From IMG/VR virus record IMGVR_UViG_3300034108_000261: 64,000 nt of DNA. The stretch is one strand, 5' to 3'. The position numbers and the translations under genes were made by a program. The stretch's first letter is position 1. Every line of letters starts with the position of its first letter. The stretch comes from an uncultured virus (IMG/VR IMGVR_UViG_3300034108_000261). Its lineage: Duplodnaviria; Heunggongvirae; Uroviricota; Caudoviricetes. Of this stretch, positions 46,315-55,793 are shown piece by piece. The notes under the pieces were generated by a model that was not told where the DNA came from, did no database searches, and was given only the letters and a program-made list of their open reading frames with translations.

Positions 46315-47743
46315 TACATGGTCCAGTCGTGCATGTTATTTCCATTTTCGCAGAGTCGGCAGTGGTCAAGTTATTTTGCGTGACAGTTACACCAATTCCA
46401 GGACTATTTAGTAAAAGTTGAAATTGCTTTGCAGAAGCACCTAATTGAGTAACAGATGCAGTAGCGCCACCAAACGGTGCGCTGATATCCAGAAAATGGT
46501 TACCAGTCCCTTGTTGCAAGGTACTGATATTATTAGAGTTTCCTAAAGCATTGATAAACAACGATTTTCCTCCAGCATCTTTTTGTTGCGCTGAGATTTG
46601 ATTGCCAAGTCCATTGGTAATAATCTCGGCGTATTTACTGCCTTGTTGTTGCGTCAACGACACTACGTTGTTATTACCTGTAACGGAAACTTCTGCTAAG
46701 TTCTTACCAATTGGAGTTGTCGCTGTTCCCTGATTAATAGTTACGCTGTTGCTGTTGCCGTTAATCGTCATTGCTTGTGCGCCATTCACACCACGAATTT
46801 GATTCTGCTTCGAGAACTGTTCAACGTAAACAGAATTACTAGAACCAGTTACATTGATGTAGATAGAGTTTTGTGTAATCGCATTTGTTTGATTAATCTT
46901 CAATGATTGGTTCGCGCTGATAGAAGCGAGAGGATATGTTGGAGTAGGAGGAGCAGGTGGAGGAGGTGGTGGCGCAGAAGAACCAGCATTCGGTTGAACT
47001 GGAGTAAATGCTGTTCCATTCAGTGAAGTTGTTCCTTGCATCTGATCAATGAAAAGAATTGGCGACAATGCAGTATCGCCTAGATTGAATGAGGCAAATC
47101 CCAGAAGATAGTTTCCGTCAGCAGGAACTGTGAAGACTGCGACTTGCCAACCAGTGGCACCGTAAGATCCCACAGAATAATTTCCAGTTCCTTGATTGGT
47201 GAATCCCAGAAGCGCGAAGTTTTGAGTTTGCCCGTTGATTGTCGGAGTACCATTACCACCAGTAACAGTGATCATCGATCCATCATTGTATGGAACATAA
47301 TCGGTTGAGACATACTGCCAAGCATAAGTGTATGTTGTACCTGCTTGAAGAAACACTGTTCTACTAATAGAAGTCGCATTGGTAGGATACATGCTACCAT
47401 TAGAGTAAATAGTATTTCTAATTGATGTAATTGTAGAACCTGACAACCCCAAAGTAGTCATGGCGCCATCAAATCCAGGAGAACCATTTCCTGCCTGTAG
47501 CGATACCATGTAAGATCCATACGGAGTTACTGTCCAGCACTTACCGCCACCTGGACAATAGTTAGTCATACCAGTTGTTACTTGAACACCAGAACCACTA
47601 TCACTCCACGAAGTTCTTGTGGCAGTTGAACCGTTACTAACAGTCCAACCAGTATAGTTACCATTTTCGAAACCGTAGTTCGTTACCTGTGCGAACGCTG
47701 GTATCGTAAAGAATAGTAAAAATAGAGCAATTAGTTTTTTCAT
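46289..47743 (-). CDS. Secreted protein: N-terminal beta-sandwich domain, poly-Pro linker, C-terminal curlin-like repeats
   Basis: Signal peptide MKKLIALFLLFFTIPAFA; NYGFENG..GW; PPPPPAPP linker; repeated I...G..N...I.Q units. Confidence 0.65.
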   Translation of the reverse strand: MKKLIALFLLFFTIPAFAQVTNYGFENGNYTGWTVSNGSTATRTSWSDSGSGVQVTTGMTNYCPGGGKCWTVTPYGSYMVSLQAGNGSPGFDGAMTTLGLSGSTITSIRNTIYSNGSMYPTNATSISRTVFLQAGTTYTYAWQYVSTDYVPYNDGSMITVTGGNGTPTINGQTQNFALLGFTNQGTGNYSVGSYGATGWQVAVFTVPADGNYLLGFASFNLGDTALSPILFIDQMQGTTSLNGTAFTPVQPNAGSSAPPPPPPAPPTPTYPLASISANQSLKINQTNAITQNSIYINVTGSSNSVYVEQFSKQNQIRGVNGAQAMTINGNSNSVTINQGTATTPIGKNLAEVSVTGNNNVVSLTQQQGSKYAEIITNGLGNQISAQQKDAGGKSLFINALGNSNNISTLQQGTGNHFLDISAPFGGATASVTQLGASAKQFQLLLNSPGIGVTVTQNNLTTADSAKMEITCTTGPCNGYSYTKN

Positions 47744-48897
47744 CTTGCACCTGTTTCTTGCATCACAGTTATATTACCTTGTGGTCTACCAGTTCCCGAT
47801 GTTGTCCACTTATCGTCTACAAAGTTGTAAACATCTATCAAACCATTTTGAACAGATACAACTTGCGCTTCGTTACCTTTCTCCAACCAGATAGTAACTG
47901 CCTGTTGTCTGTCTTCTGACAGTCGAGTATATACCCAACCGACCTGAACGTTCTTCTTGAATGTTGGTGATACATTAGTATAGACGGTTTCTGCTGGAAT
48001 ACTACCTTCATTATATTCAGCAAAAACTTCTAGTAGTTCTTGTGGTGTTGCTGCTCGACGCATCGACACAGCAACTTGTTCTGTATTATCATTCGTACCT
48101 GCATCGGGATCCTTATTGTCATCCGATGCTGCTTTTGCTGGGTTAGTGAATTTCTTTAAACTATCTCTGGCAAGTTGTAGTAAACTCTGACCATCATCTG
48201 TTTCCAACGGAACAATTTGAACATTGTTGTCTAATGTCTTAATCAAAGGATTGATGACTACTGGTGGAGCAGGAGGAGCAAAGTTATTTTCTACGACTGT
48301 TGCTTGGAATGGTTGGTTCAACGTAACTACACCAGATGCAGTAATAACTTCAATCATACCCGTCGGACATTGAGCAGTTTGTTTTGTGATGTCTAATTCG
48401 TTATAACATTCGGGAACCAGCACGACCGTAGAACGACCTGCTTCATCAACCGACATAACGAAGTCTGTGCCACGAACTGCGATAGTAGCAGTCGGTGTGC
48501 GAATGTTTACGCCTCGTGGGTTTGTTTTCGCGACTTTACCTGATGCGTATCTGACGGTGCCAAGTGCGACCCGAAGTCCAAGTTTGCCCTTCGTCTTCCC
48601 TCCCCCATCATACACAAAGTCGTCCACAAGAAGTCGCGAGTTTTCTGTAATATTAACCGTAGTCGAGTCATTAAATGTAATCCTAAATCTGCCTTGACTG
48701 TTTGTTGAAACAGTGTCCATCTTTTGAACTCGTGCACCCTTAGATGCAACTGTAGTCTTGGCGCCACGCTTAATAGCACCGCCTCCTCTGAAATCTGTTA
48801 TCGACCCAATATCCGCAAAGGCAGGAGTCGATAACAGAAATATCAGTAGAAGATTAGTGACCAGTTTTGATATTAAACGTGCCATTTGATCCCACAC
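47740..48897 (-). CDS. FecR-domain periplasmic protein
   Basis: Signal/TM segment; D.V.T...R.TF.D.T.V.I.ENS.L.VD, G..RY.SG, I.TPTA.IAVRGTDF motifs. Confidence 0.85.
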   Translation of the reverse strand: MWDQMARLISKLVTNLLLIFLLSTPAFADIGSITDFRGGGAIKRGAKTTVASKGARVQKMDTVSTNSQGRFRITFNDSTTVNITENSRLLVDDFVYDGGGKTKGKLGLRVALGTVRYASGKVAKTNPRGVNIRTPTATIAVRGTDFVMSVDEAGRSTVVLVPECYNELDITKQTAQCPTGMIEVITASGVVTLNQPFQATVVENNFAPPAPPVVINPLIKTLDNNVQIVPLETDDGQSLLQLARDSLKKFTNPAKAASDDNKDPDAGTNDNTEQVAVSMRRAATPQELLEVFAEYNEGSIPAETVYTNVSPTFKKNVQVGWVYTRLSEDRQQAVTIWLEKGNEAQVVSVQNGLIDVYNFVDDKWTTSGTGRPQGNITVMQETGAR

Positions 48898-49627
48898 TAT
48901 TAATATTGATCACAGTTTCAGATGCACCATACTGTTGTGTTGTTACAGTGTTTAGCGAACCTGTCAGATTTACATATAGTGAGTGACCGAATGTTCCACC
49001 GAGATCGGTTTGTGTAACATCAAAGTCATTATAGTTGCCTGTCACCAGAATAGTTTGTGACGCATTTGGTGATAGTGCATCCATGTTGATTGTGTTATTG
49101 TTACCGTTGAAATCCATAGAGTTACGGATATTAGCACCCGAACCACGGAAAACAAACGAGTTGTTATTACCAGTGAACTTGGCATTCATGTCGAGTTGAT
49201 TACATGAGGAGTCAGTAACTTCAGTTCCGCAACGAATAGTAGCAGTGTTCAAATCGCCAATTTGACGAATTGTTACATCGGCGATTCCTTGGGCTCCTGT
49301 ATCGGATACGACACCCATATAAAGTTGGTTTCCATTGCCTGTCTGTATTGCGATAACGCTCTGGTTATCACCACGTAGGTAAATAGGATCAAGAGTAGAA
49401 CCGATAACGTTAGCAGTACCAGTTTGAACGATGTTAACATCTACGTTACCCCCTTCTTGATCGATATATACCTTATTTGTTGTTGCAACAGTATTCGCCT
49501 CTGTTTCGTTTGGTGAAGTTGTTACGATTGCTGGAGGAGTTGGTGCTGTTGGCAGCACGGTTTGTGCAATCACAGATGTTCCATAACAAAGAGCAGCGCC
49601 AACTAATAAAAACTTACTTAGTTTCAT
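48854..49627 (-). CDS. Curlin-like subunit (CsgA/CsgB-type repeats)
   Basis: Signal peptide MKLSKFLLVGAALCYGTSVIA; repeated I.Q.G..N units (YIDQEGGN, IVQTGTAN, AIQTGNGN, IRQIGDLN); directly downstream of csgG. Confidence 0.7.
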   Translation of the reverse strand: MKLSKFLLVGAALCYGTSVIAQTVLPTAPTPPAIVTTSPNETEANTVATTNKVYIDQEGGNVDVNIVQTGTANVIGSTLDPIYLRGDNQSVIAIQTGNGNQLYMGVVSDTGAQGIADVTIRQIGDLNTATIRCGTEVTDSSCNQLDMNAKFTGNNNSFVFRGSGANIRNSMDFNGNNNTINMDALSPNASQTILVTGNYNDFDVTQTDLGGTFGHSLYVNLTGSLNTVTTQQYGASETVININSVGSNGTFNIKTGH

Positions 49628-50438
49628 TTGTTGTTTCCTTTTGTTTGAATCTCCATAGATTCTTAGTTTCACCATCCTTGATCAACTCAACAACGGCCGT
49701 TTCTATGGCTGAACGGATCGCATAACTACCTGCTTCATTACTTGTTTGTTGTCCATCAAATTCAAACGCTTTAGTCGCCATATCGAAGAATGTGAAAGCA
49801 GTTACCCCCTCGGAAGTAGAGAGAACAGTTTTCTCTACAGTAACCGAATTGAGGACTTCACCAGTTTGGACAGAAACTAGGCGAAGACTAACTGTAACTT
49901 GGTCTTGTGTGTATTGCTGGTATGGACCGACGCCAAGGAATCTAGCACCAGTACCACCAGTTTTAATATTCGAGTTATAATCAATGATACCACCTTCTAT
50001 GATGATACCTGCAACCTTTAGCGGTGGAAGAGGTTCAGCACCTTCTCCAGAAATCTGTTCGCGCATCTGGCGAACAAGTTGACGTTCTTTAATCAGCGAA
50101 TCGATACCAACACGCTCAACAGGAATAAACCACTTACCATTACCTGTGTCTTGTAGAGTCTTAATCAGATATGCGTCTGCACCCTGAGTTACCGCAGTCG
50201 AGAAACTTGCAAGAGTTGAAGATGGTTTACGTTGACCAGTTCTATCGGTGAACGAATATAATGCGATAGGAATTGGTTGTCCGTCTAACTCAGGAAGATC
50301 CTTGAACAACTTTGGATTAGCAAAACGTTTGACTTCTGCGTCATCTCTGAACAGATATGATTGGTTGGCAGTAGGATGAAGTGCACCAACACAACCAGAA
50401 AGGACGAGCAAAAGCGGAAGGAGAATTAACTTTTTCAT
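49614..50438 (-). CDS. csgG: Curli secretion channel lipoprotein CsgG
   Basis: Lipobox LSGC; Y.F.D.TGQRKP...SFSTAVTQG, WF..VER.G.D.L.KERQ.R, EGGII.Y.SN..TGG.GAR..G.G, Y..D.VTV.LR.VSV.TGE motifs. Confidence 0.93.
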   Translation of the reverse strand: MKKLILLPLLLVLSGCVGALHPTANQSYLFRDDAEVKRFANPKLFKDLPELDGQPIPIALYSFTDRTGQRKPSSTLASFSTAVTQGADAYLIKTLQDTGNGKWFIPVERVGIDSLIKERQLVRQMREQISGEGAEPLPPLKVAGIIIEGGIIDYNSNIKTGGTGARFLGVGPYQQYTQDQVTVSLRLVSVQTGEVLNSVTVEKTVLSTSEGVTAFTFFDMATKAFEFDGQQTSNEAGSYAIRSAIETAVVELIKDGETKNLWRFKQKETTNETK

Positions 50439-50447
50439 AACGTCTCC

Positions 50448-50897
50448 TTAGAATGCGAATGTAGCAATAGGAACGACAACAACCGTAGTGTTACCATTCT
50501 TATCAACAACTGTCAGTCTAACTTCGGTTCCAGTCTTGACGTAACTTACGGAGTTACCGTCGAGGTTGAATGTCCCTGCACTGGCATTTCCACCTTCTGC
50601 GAACAGATTGTTCGAAAGTTGCGTAGCAAGTTGGGCATATACCTGAGAGGTAAACAGCGCCATGAATTTAGCGAGTGGCGTATTAGATGCCTCTGCTCTT
50701 GCTAGTGCTGCCTTTGCTGCCTCAGCATCTTTAATTGCCTGTTCACGCGAACGCTCTTGCGAGTCGATTGATTGCACGTGTGAAGACCACCCATAACCAG
50801 TAAAGGAAGGTGATTTAAATTGTTGGACAATAGGATCTGCGTATACTGGACTACTTAGACTTAGTAGTGCCAGGAGCATCGTCGCTCGTTTTAGCAT
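50448..50897 (-). CDS. csgF: Curli assembly component CsgF
   Basis: Signal peptide then FKSPSF.G; F....SQVYAQL..QL...LF and G.F.L.G motifs; adjacent to csgG. Confidence 0.8.
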   Translation of the reverse strand: MLKRATMLLALLSLSSPVYADPIVQQFKSPSFTGYGWSSHVQSIDSQERSREQAIKDAEAAKAALARAEASNTPLAKFMALFTSQVYAQLATQLSNNLFAEGGNASAGTFNLDGNSVSYVKTGTEVRLTVVDKNGNTTVVVVPIATFAF

Positions 50898-50965
50898 CTT
50901 TCTCTTCCTTTTTGTTTTTGTTGTCAGAAGAAAAATTTAAATCAAAGGAAAATACTTTAAGGATC

Positions 50966-51232
50966 TCAATCTTTAGATTTAGTGTCATTACTGTGATCCT
51001 CTTTTATTTGCAAAACTACACTCACCTTCTGGTTTAATCTAATCAAATCGTTGTCGAGCATACGAACACGATCAATCAACGCAATCAAAATTACGTTTGT
51101 CTCACCAATCAACGGCATCAATTTATCAGTTACGAACTTATAAATGAACCAAACAAAATATCCCATACCGACAGATGCGACGATTGGGAATCCATATTGT
51201 TTAACTAGTTCTGCTACAATTGATGGATCCAT
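50966..51232 (-). CDS. Small single-TM membrane protein (YvrJ/holin-like), paralog of the adjacent gene
   Basis: YGFPIVA..GMGYFVWFI...LIDR.RMLDND.IR. Confidence 0.7.
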   Translation of the reverse strand: MDPSIVAELVKQYGFPIVASVGMGYFVWFIYKFVTDKLMPLIGETNVILIALIDRVRMLDNDLIRLNQKVSVVLQIKEDHSNDTKSKD

Positions 51233-51519
51233 TAATCTTTCCGAGCATCGTTCTTCCCGTCTGCTCGTGCGATTCTGTCTAGATCTGGTTTAAGACCCAA
51301 GGCGGAACTAACAACTGCATCAACGCGAATAATATCATGGTTCATTGTCTTGACTCGGTTGTCGAGTCCCATAATAATACCCTGCATTCCCTTGAGTGCT
51401 TTAACAACGCTCTCGAGAATGTAGTTGATAACAAAATATACGAAGACACCCGCAAGTAAAGCACCTGCGATTGGGAATCCCACATCTCCGATCAATTTAA
51501 ATATAGCATCGTATGTCAT
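51232..51519 (-). CDS. Small single-TM membrane protein (YvrJ/holin-like)
   Basis: VGFPIAG...G.FVYF.I...LDNRVKTMNHD.IR.D......GL.PD..RIARA.GK.DAR.D. Confidence 0.7.
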   Translation of the reverse strand: MTYDAIFKLIGDVGFPIAGALLAGVFVYFVINYILESVVKALKGMQGIIMGLDNRVKTMNHDIIRVDAVVSSALGLKPDLDRIARADGKNDARKD

Positions 51520-51524
51520 ACGAT

Positions 51525-51532
51525 TATTTATA
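51525..51532 (-). promoter_or_regulatory. T4-type late promoter TATAAATA heading the curli/cyclase operon
   Basis: Exact motif 5 nt upstream of the ATG at 51519. Confidence 0.75.
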
Positions 51533-51537
51533 AGAAG

Positions 51538-52653
51538 TTATCTTATAATGTCAATTTTTCCAATTGAGTCAGCATTCCAAACCTCTAAGTCGCGTCGTAA
51601 ACGACCTTCTGCAACCAGATTATCATATCTAGACGTTGCCTTACGCTTCCACCACGAAATAATATTATCCATATAATGTTTATCAAAGTTTTGTCCAGGA
51701 ATTAACTTATCCTGCTTACCGAGAATAACTTCTTTGGAATTTTCATACCCGTATGTTGAAATATAGAAACGTTTCTTAGTAGTAATGTCTTTATTTAGTT
51801 TGAGAGCATCGCAGAATACAGAATAGTATTCGGAGTCATGTTCTTTCAGGGATTTACTGATGATGCTATTCATCTTATTCTGCATCTTCATCTTATATGA
51901 TGCTACACCGTCGCGACCAAACAATGGCGCTCCGCCGTTTTTCTCGTAGAACCATTCCATGGTCTCATCCCAGAAATCGTCTGAGAAAGAGAGAACAAAA
52001 TTACTAAGAGTGTCGCCTGTATAACGAATGAACGGTTTTAGTCCATCATACTGAGATGCTTGCTTGATGCTGCCATATAATGAAGTGGTTTCAAATAGAC
52101 AAGTGTCCATGTTATACTTCTTGTTAAACATCTCGCGAAACTCGTGCGAGGTGCAAAGAAGTGCAAGAAGTTTACCACCCAGATAATTAAATCCGAACGG
52201 TTGAGCAGGAACAATGATGAAACCCATCACCGCATGCTTGTTGAACGATTTTAGATCGGGAACTTGCCCGAACCATTCATTGCGTGGACGTGAATTGATA
52301 AAGGGACTGGCGACGCGACAGAATCCTACGTGCTTACCCGTATTCTTTTCTCTTACGATAAACTTGATTTCCTTCCCGAACGAATTTTCATTACAAAAGG
52401 AAGAAGTGATTTCTACCATTGTCGAGAATTCGCTCGGGGAAGGTTCATAGATCTCAAGATCCATGTCTTCAGGGTGCATATTAAAGTCGGAGAACAAATT
52501 GTTCTCGGGTTCAAACCCTGGAAGAGAGTGTGGAAGGGTTTTTAACCGCTCCAGTTTTTTCATGCGCATGTGGTCGTCAATACGACCATAATTTGACATG
52601 TAGTCAACGAATCGTTTTGCGATGTATTCTGCGTCGTGTTTTTCTAATATCAT
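51538..52653 (-). CDS. DUF4338-like (DruA-like) protein
   Basis: IVP.QPFG.NYLGGKLLALLC.S.E, ETTSLYG, SQYDGLKP motifs. Confidence 0.6.
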   Translation of the reverse strand: MILEKHDAEYIAKRFVDYMSNYGRIDDHMRMKKLERLKTLPHSLPGFEPENNLFSDFNMHPEDMDLEIYEPSPSEFSTMVEITSSFCNENSFGKEIKFIVREKNTGKHVGFCRVASPFINSRPRNEWFGQVPDLKSFNKHAVMGFIIVPAQPFGFNYLGGKLLALLCTSHEFREMFNKKYNMDTCLFETTSLYGSIKQASQYDGLKPFIRYTGDTLSNFVLSFSDDFWDETMEWFYEKNGGAPLFGRDGVASYKMKMQNKMNSIISKSLKEHDSEYYSVFCDALKLNKDITTKKRFYISTYGYENSKEVILGKQDKLIPGQNFDKHYMDNIISWWKRKATSRYDNLVAEGRLRRDLEVWNADSIGKIDIIR

Positions 52654-53196
52654 TTAACCAGTATAAAGCATTTTTTTGATAAAGTCAATGATTTTTTGCT
52701 GATCATCAAAAGATTCATTAAGAAACTCGGTCATTTCCATCTGAAGAACGAAGTTGGAACGAATGTTATTGATTTTACTTTCGCGACCCTTCAACCAAGT
52801 CTCGTCTTGGTTACTACCACGTTCTGCGTAGCGAACATTTCGAGTTTCCTTCGTGGTTTGTAGATAAACGATACTGGTGTCATACTTATCGACACATTCC
52901 TCTAGGAATGAACCTGTGCAAAGACGATCGCCCTCGAAAAGAACAATATCTGTAGCAGCGCGAGATGCAAGAAACTTCACTGCCTCTGGTTGAACTGCCA
53001 TCGACATCTTGTCAGTGCCACCGAAGACTTCACCTTCTTCATACTTACCCAGAACGTAAATGTTGTCCTTGTTATGATAGGGAACCAACTTTACATCAGT
53101 CTTCACTTCACGGGAAATGCCAACCTCGTCTAGCAAACGCTTCATAAGGGTAGACTTACCGCTTCCAGGTTCACCGAAAATTGCAATTACTTTCAT
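52654..53196 (-). CDS. P-loop nucleotide kinase (candidate 5-hydroxymethylpyrimidine DNA kinase)
   Basis: GEPGSGKST Walker A, LGKY....F.GTD.MS, FEGDRL, R...RGS.Q...W..GR motifs; overlaps the aGPT-Pplase2 gene. Confidence 0.75.
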   Translation of the reverse strand: MKVIAIFGEPGSGKSTLMKRLLDEVGISREVKTDVKLVPYHNKDNIYVLGKYEEGEVFGGTDKMSMAVQPEAVKFLASRAATDIVLFEGDRLCTGSFLEECVDKYDTSIVYLQTTKETRNVRYAERGSNQDETWLKGRESKINNIRSNFVLQMEMTEFLNESFDDQQKIIDFIKKMLYTG

Positions 53197-54194
53197 CCAA
53201 ATAAATCCTCTAATCCAACTGATTTCTGTTCAACATCGAACATCCAATTCATTCTATCTAGTGTTCCAGATCGAACGTATTCACCACACTTGTCCTTATT
53301 AACACCATATCGCGAAAGCAGTCGAGAGTCAAGTGTTTCTTCGCGAGATTGCCATAAAACATTCCACTCAATACCATACCAACCGTCTGCTGCTACCTTA
53401 TTGATCTCGTCTGCTTGACGATCTAGATAAAAACCTAGATATCGCGACGACCTTTCTCGGAAGATTTTCTTGAACGAGCAAAGACAGGTTTCCATAGTAA
53501 ATGCGTCGAACTGTGGTGCAAGAGTTGGATACCGATGACGCAATTCATCCAGAATCGACTGAGACTCAGCTTCCAACCACTGGTATTCTTTCGGGGTGAG
53601 TTTACCATTAATCCATTCTTCCTTATTAAGAGCATAACAGAGACCATTGCGGTGCGACTTGCTACCTGAATAGTCATTCAGCATTAGACTGGTAGGTTCA
53701 ATCTTAATTCCTGCAGTATGCTTTAGATGCTGCATATAGAACCAAGTCGTATAACGACCGAACTTGTGATAATTGGTATTGATAACCTTCCAAAGATTAT
53801 CGAAGTTTTGCTGTTCATTATCGCCGTAGTGAGATTCTAGAACTTCACGCTGCGATTTCTTGCCCATAAACTTCTGATACGACTCGAACATAGAAGGCAA
53901 ATGCCCTTTATTGTATTTCGTATCTGTTTGATAACGAAGTCTTTTATAGTTTTCGTTATTCCACCATGTAATACGGTCTACAGTCGCAAGTTCGTAGTCT
54001 GGGAACTCATTCTTGAGCACCCAAGATGTTGGAAGGTAATAGGTGTTACCGTATAACCAGCACAACCAAATACGTTCTTCGTCATTGTGTTCATATCGCT
54101 TATTGAGGTAGTTGGTCTGCCAGACCGAAGGATCGCAATCCTTGTGACTAACAGACCAAGCATACCAGCGAATGAACAATTCGCGATTATTCAT
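53193..54194 (-). CDS. alpha-glutamyl/putrescinyl thymine pyrophosphorylase clade 2 (amino acid:DNA transferase family)
   Basis: W...LYG.TY, DTKY.KG, FGRY..WFY...L, SHRNGL, MET.LC.FKK, RY.G.Y.DR motifs. Confidence 0.8.
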   Translation of the reverse strand: MNNRELFIRWYAWSVSHKDCDPSVWQTNYLNKRYEHNDEERIWLCWLYGNTYYLPTSWVLKNEFPDYELATVDRITWWNNENYKRLRYQTDTKYNKGHLPSMFESYQKFMGKKSQREVLESHYGDNEQQNFDNLWKVINTNYHKFGRYTTWFYMQHLKHTAGIKIEPTSLMLNDYSGSKSHRNGLCYALNKEEWINGKLTPKEYQWLEAESQSILDELRHRYPTLAPQFDAFTMETCLCSFKKIFRERSSRYLGFYLDRQADEINKVAADGWYGIEWNVLWQSREETLDSRLLSRYGVNKDKCGEYVRSGTLDRMNWMFDVEQKSVGLEDLFG

Positions 54195-55732
54195 TCAACA
54201 TAATCTTCTGCAGCAATCCACTCACCAGTTTCCTCGTCATGATACGAGTCGGTTTTTTTATCGTAATAGTGCGTAATCTTACCATCATCATATATTGGAG
54301 TAATGGTATTGCACTCGTCGTATGCTGGAATTTCCATATCAATTTCTGTCATCATGTTTTTGGTAAATGAATCTAAAAGAATAATTTTAAGATTACATCT
54401 AGGATTCATTCTTTTAACTGATGCAGTTAGTTTTTTAAAATATGTATCCCAATTCTCATAATCTGTTAATCCAGCGTGATGCGTAATGATTACACCATCC
54501 CAGATATCCGCCTGTCCCATCTTATTTAGAACACCACCAACACCAGCATTATAAATCGCACCAGAGGTTACTGTAATACTGGCATGATTAGGATACTTCA
54601 AGTCAATTTCTTTTTGAATGTGAGTTAGATCAGTTTTAGAGTATATCTGGTAATTCATCTCAGCAATTGCCTGATCAGTTTTAATTCGCTCAATCGCCTT
54701 CTTCAAATTAGATGAAATGACTGCCCGTGTCCAAACAGGATCGAATTGATGCGTTACGCTTAACTTAAACTTATCGCTCTGCAGTAAAGTAAATTTATCG
54801 TCGTCAAGATCCTTGAGTTTCTTCGCATAACTCTGGATGATTGCACGCTGGCAGTCAGCAGGTGTATTCCCCTTCTTCTTAAATGGTTTATGATTTGCTA
54901 GGTTTCCGTAATAATCGATTGTGCAATCATCGTCATCAAAATCACTGCTATTGATATAGATGACGGGTGCGCTAATCCAACCTGCATCAAGCGCCGCACG
55001 AGAAGTATGGTTCCCATCAATAATTAATTTTGTTCCGTCTGGATATACGACAACAACAATCGGTTGAACATGTTTTCTCGCCTCAGCAGGATCAGACCGC
55101 ATCTGGGTTGCAATTTCATCAACATGTGCAGGATCATACAATTCTGCACGAACCTGATTGTGTCCAAATTCTGCAATTACGGTAATGGGTTCTTCAATTG
55201 TCGTATAATAACCGTTCTTAACCAACTTGAGAATTTTCTTAGCAAGTTTTGTATTAGCAAGAGCAAAAACATCAACAGGTTTCGGTGCAGGTTCAATACC
55301 ATTGATCCAATCGATACCAACCTTAGAATGTTCGACAGTAATTATGGACATATCTAAAATACCTCCATCACCACCACCACCATTACTGGAGTTATACCAC
55401 ATATCATTACGACGAGCATCAGCAGATTTTAGTAGATACCGCTCAAGGATAATAGCAATTCTGGCAGAACCAAAATAAAGAATTGTTCTACGAAGATGAC
55501 CTAATGACCATGCTCGTTGAAGTTCTGGATTTTTAGAAGAGAAAATATATCCATCATCAACATCTGCGCTCTTACGAAATCCGATATAACGCTTGCCAGT
55601 TACAAAGTCATACCAACCATAAACATATCCTTTGGTCTTAGCAGAAATTGTAGATAATAGTTCTTCTATCTCATAATCACAATCGTCAAAACTAGAAACT
55701 TCCTTGATTTGCGGGGTGCGTGTCATTGCCAT
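54191..55732 (-). CDS. Protein with N-terminal GIY-YIG(Seg)-like domain and central ParB/Srx-like domain
   Basis: YVY......GKRYIG......DDGY..SS, later E...L...YN; PIVVV......IIDGNHT..AA. Confidence 0.55.
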   Translation of the reverse strand: MAMTRTPQIKEVSSFDDCDYEIEELLSTISAKTKGYVYGWYDFVTGKRYIGFRKSADVDDGYIFSSKNPELQRAWSLGHLRRTILYFGSARIAIILERYLLKSADARRNDMWYNSSNGGGGDGGILDMSIITVEHSKVGIDWINGIEPAPKPVDVFALANTKLAKKILKLVKNGYYTTIEEPITVIAEFGHNQVRAELYDPAHVDEIATQMRSDPAEARKHVQPIVVVVYPDGTKLIIDGNHTSRAALDAGWISAPVIYINSSDFDDDDCTIDYYGNLANHKPFKKKGNTPADCQRAIIQSYAKKLKDLDDDKFTLLQSDKFKLSVTHQFDPVWTRAVISSNLKKAIERIKTDQAIAEMNYQIYSKTDLTHIQKEIDLKYPNHASITVTSGAIYNAGVGGVLNKMGQADIWDGVIITHHAGLTDYENWDTYFKKLTASVKRMNPRCNLKIILLDSFTKNMMTEIDMEIPAYDECNTITPIYDDGKITHYYDKKTDSYHDEETGEWIAAEDYVE

Positions 55733-55764
55733 AATATAAAAAATCCTTCATAATTTAGACAACC

Positions 55765-55793
55765 ATTATACTAAACTTTAGGGGAAAAGTAAA
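55765..55793 (-). promoter_or_regulatory. sigma70-like promoter TTTACT-N17-TATAAT for the GIY-YIG/ParB-like gene
   Basis: Minus strand tttacttttcccctaaagtttagtataat. Confidence 0.55.

Noticed and set aside
50851..50988. 45-aa minus-strand ORF (MTLNLKIEILKVFSFD...) overlapping csgF and the upstream membrane-protein gene
   Set aside because: Half of it overlaps neighbours and it has no recognisable motif; could be real (not evidently CsgE) but cannot be supported from sequence alone.
51538..52653. Druantia anti-phage system
   Set aside because: Only one DUF4338-like gene; no DruE helicase or other components in the window.
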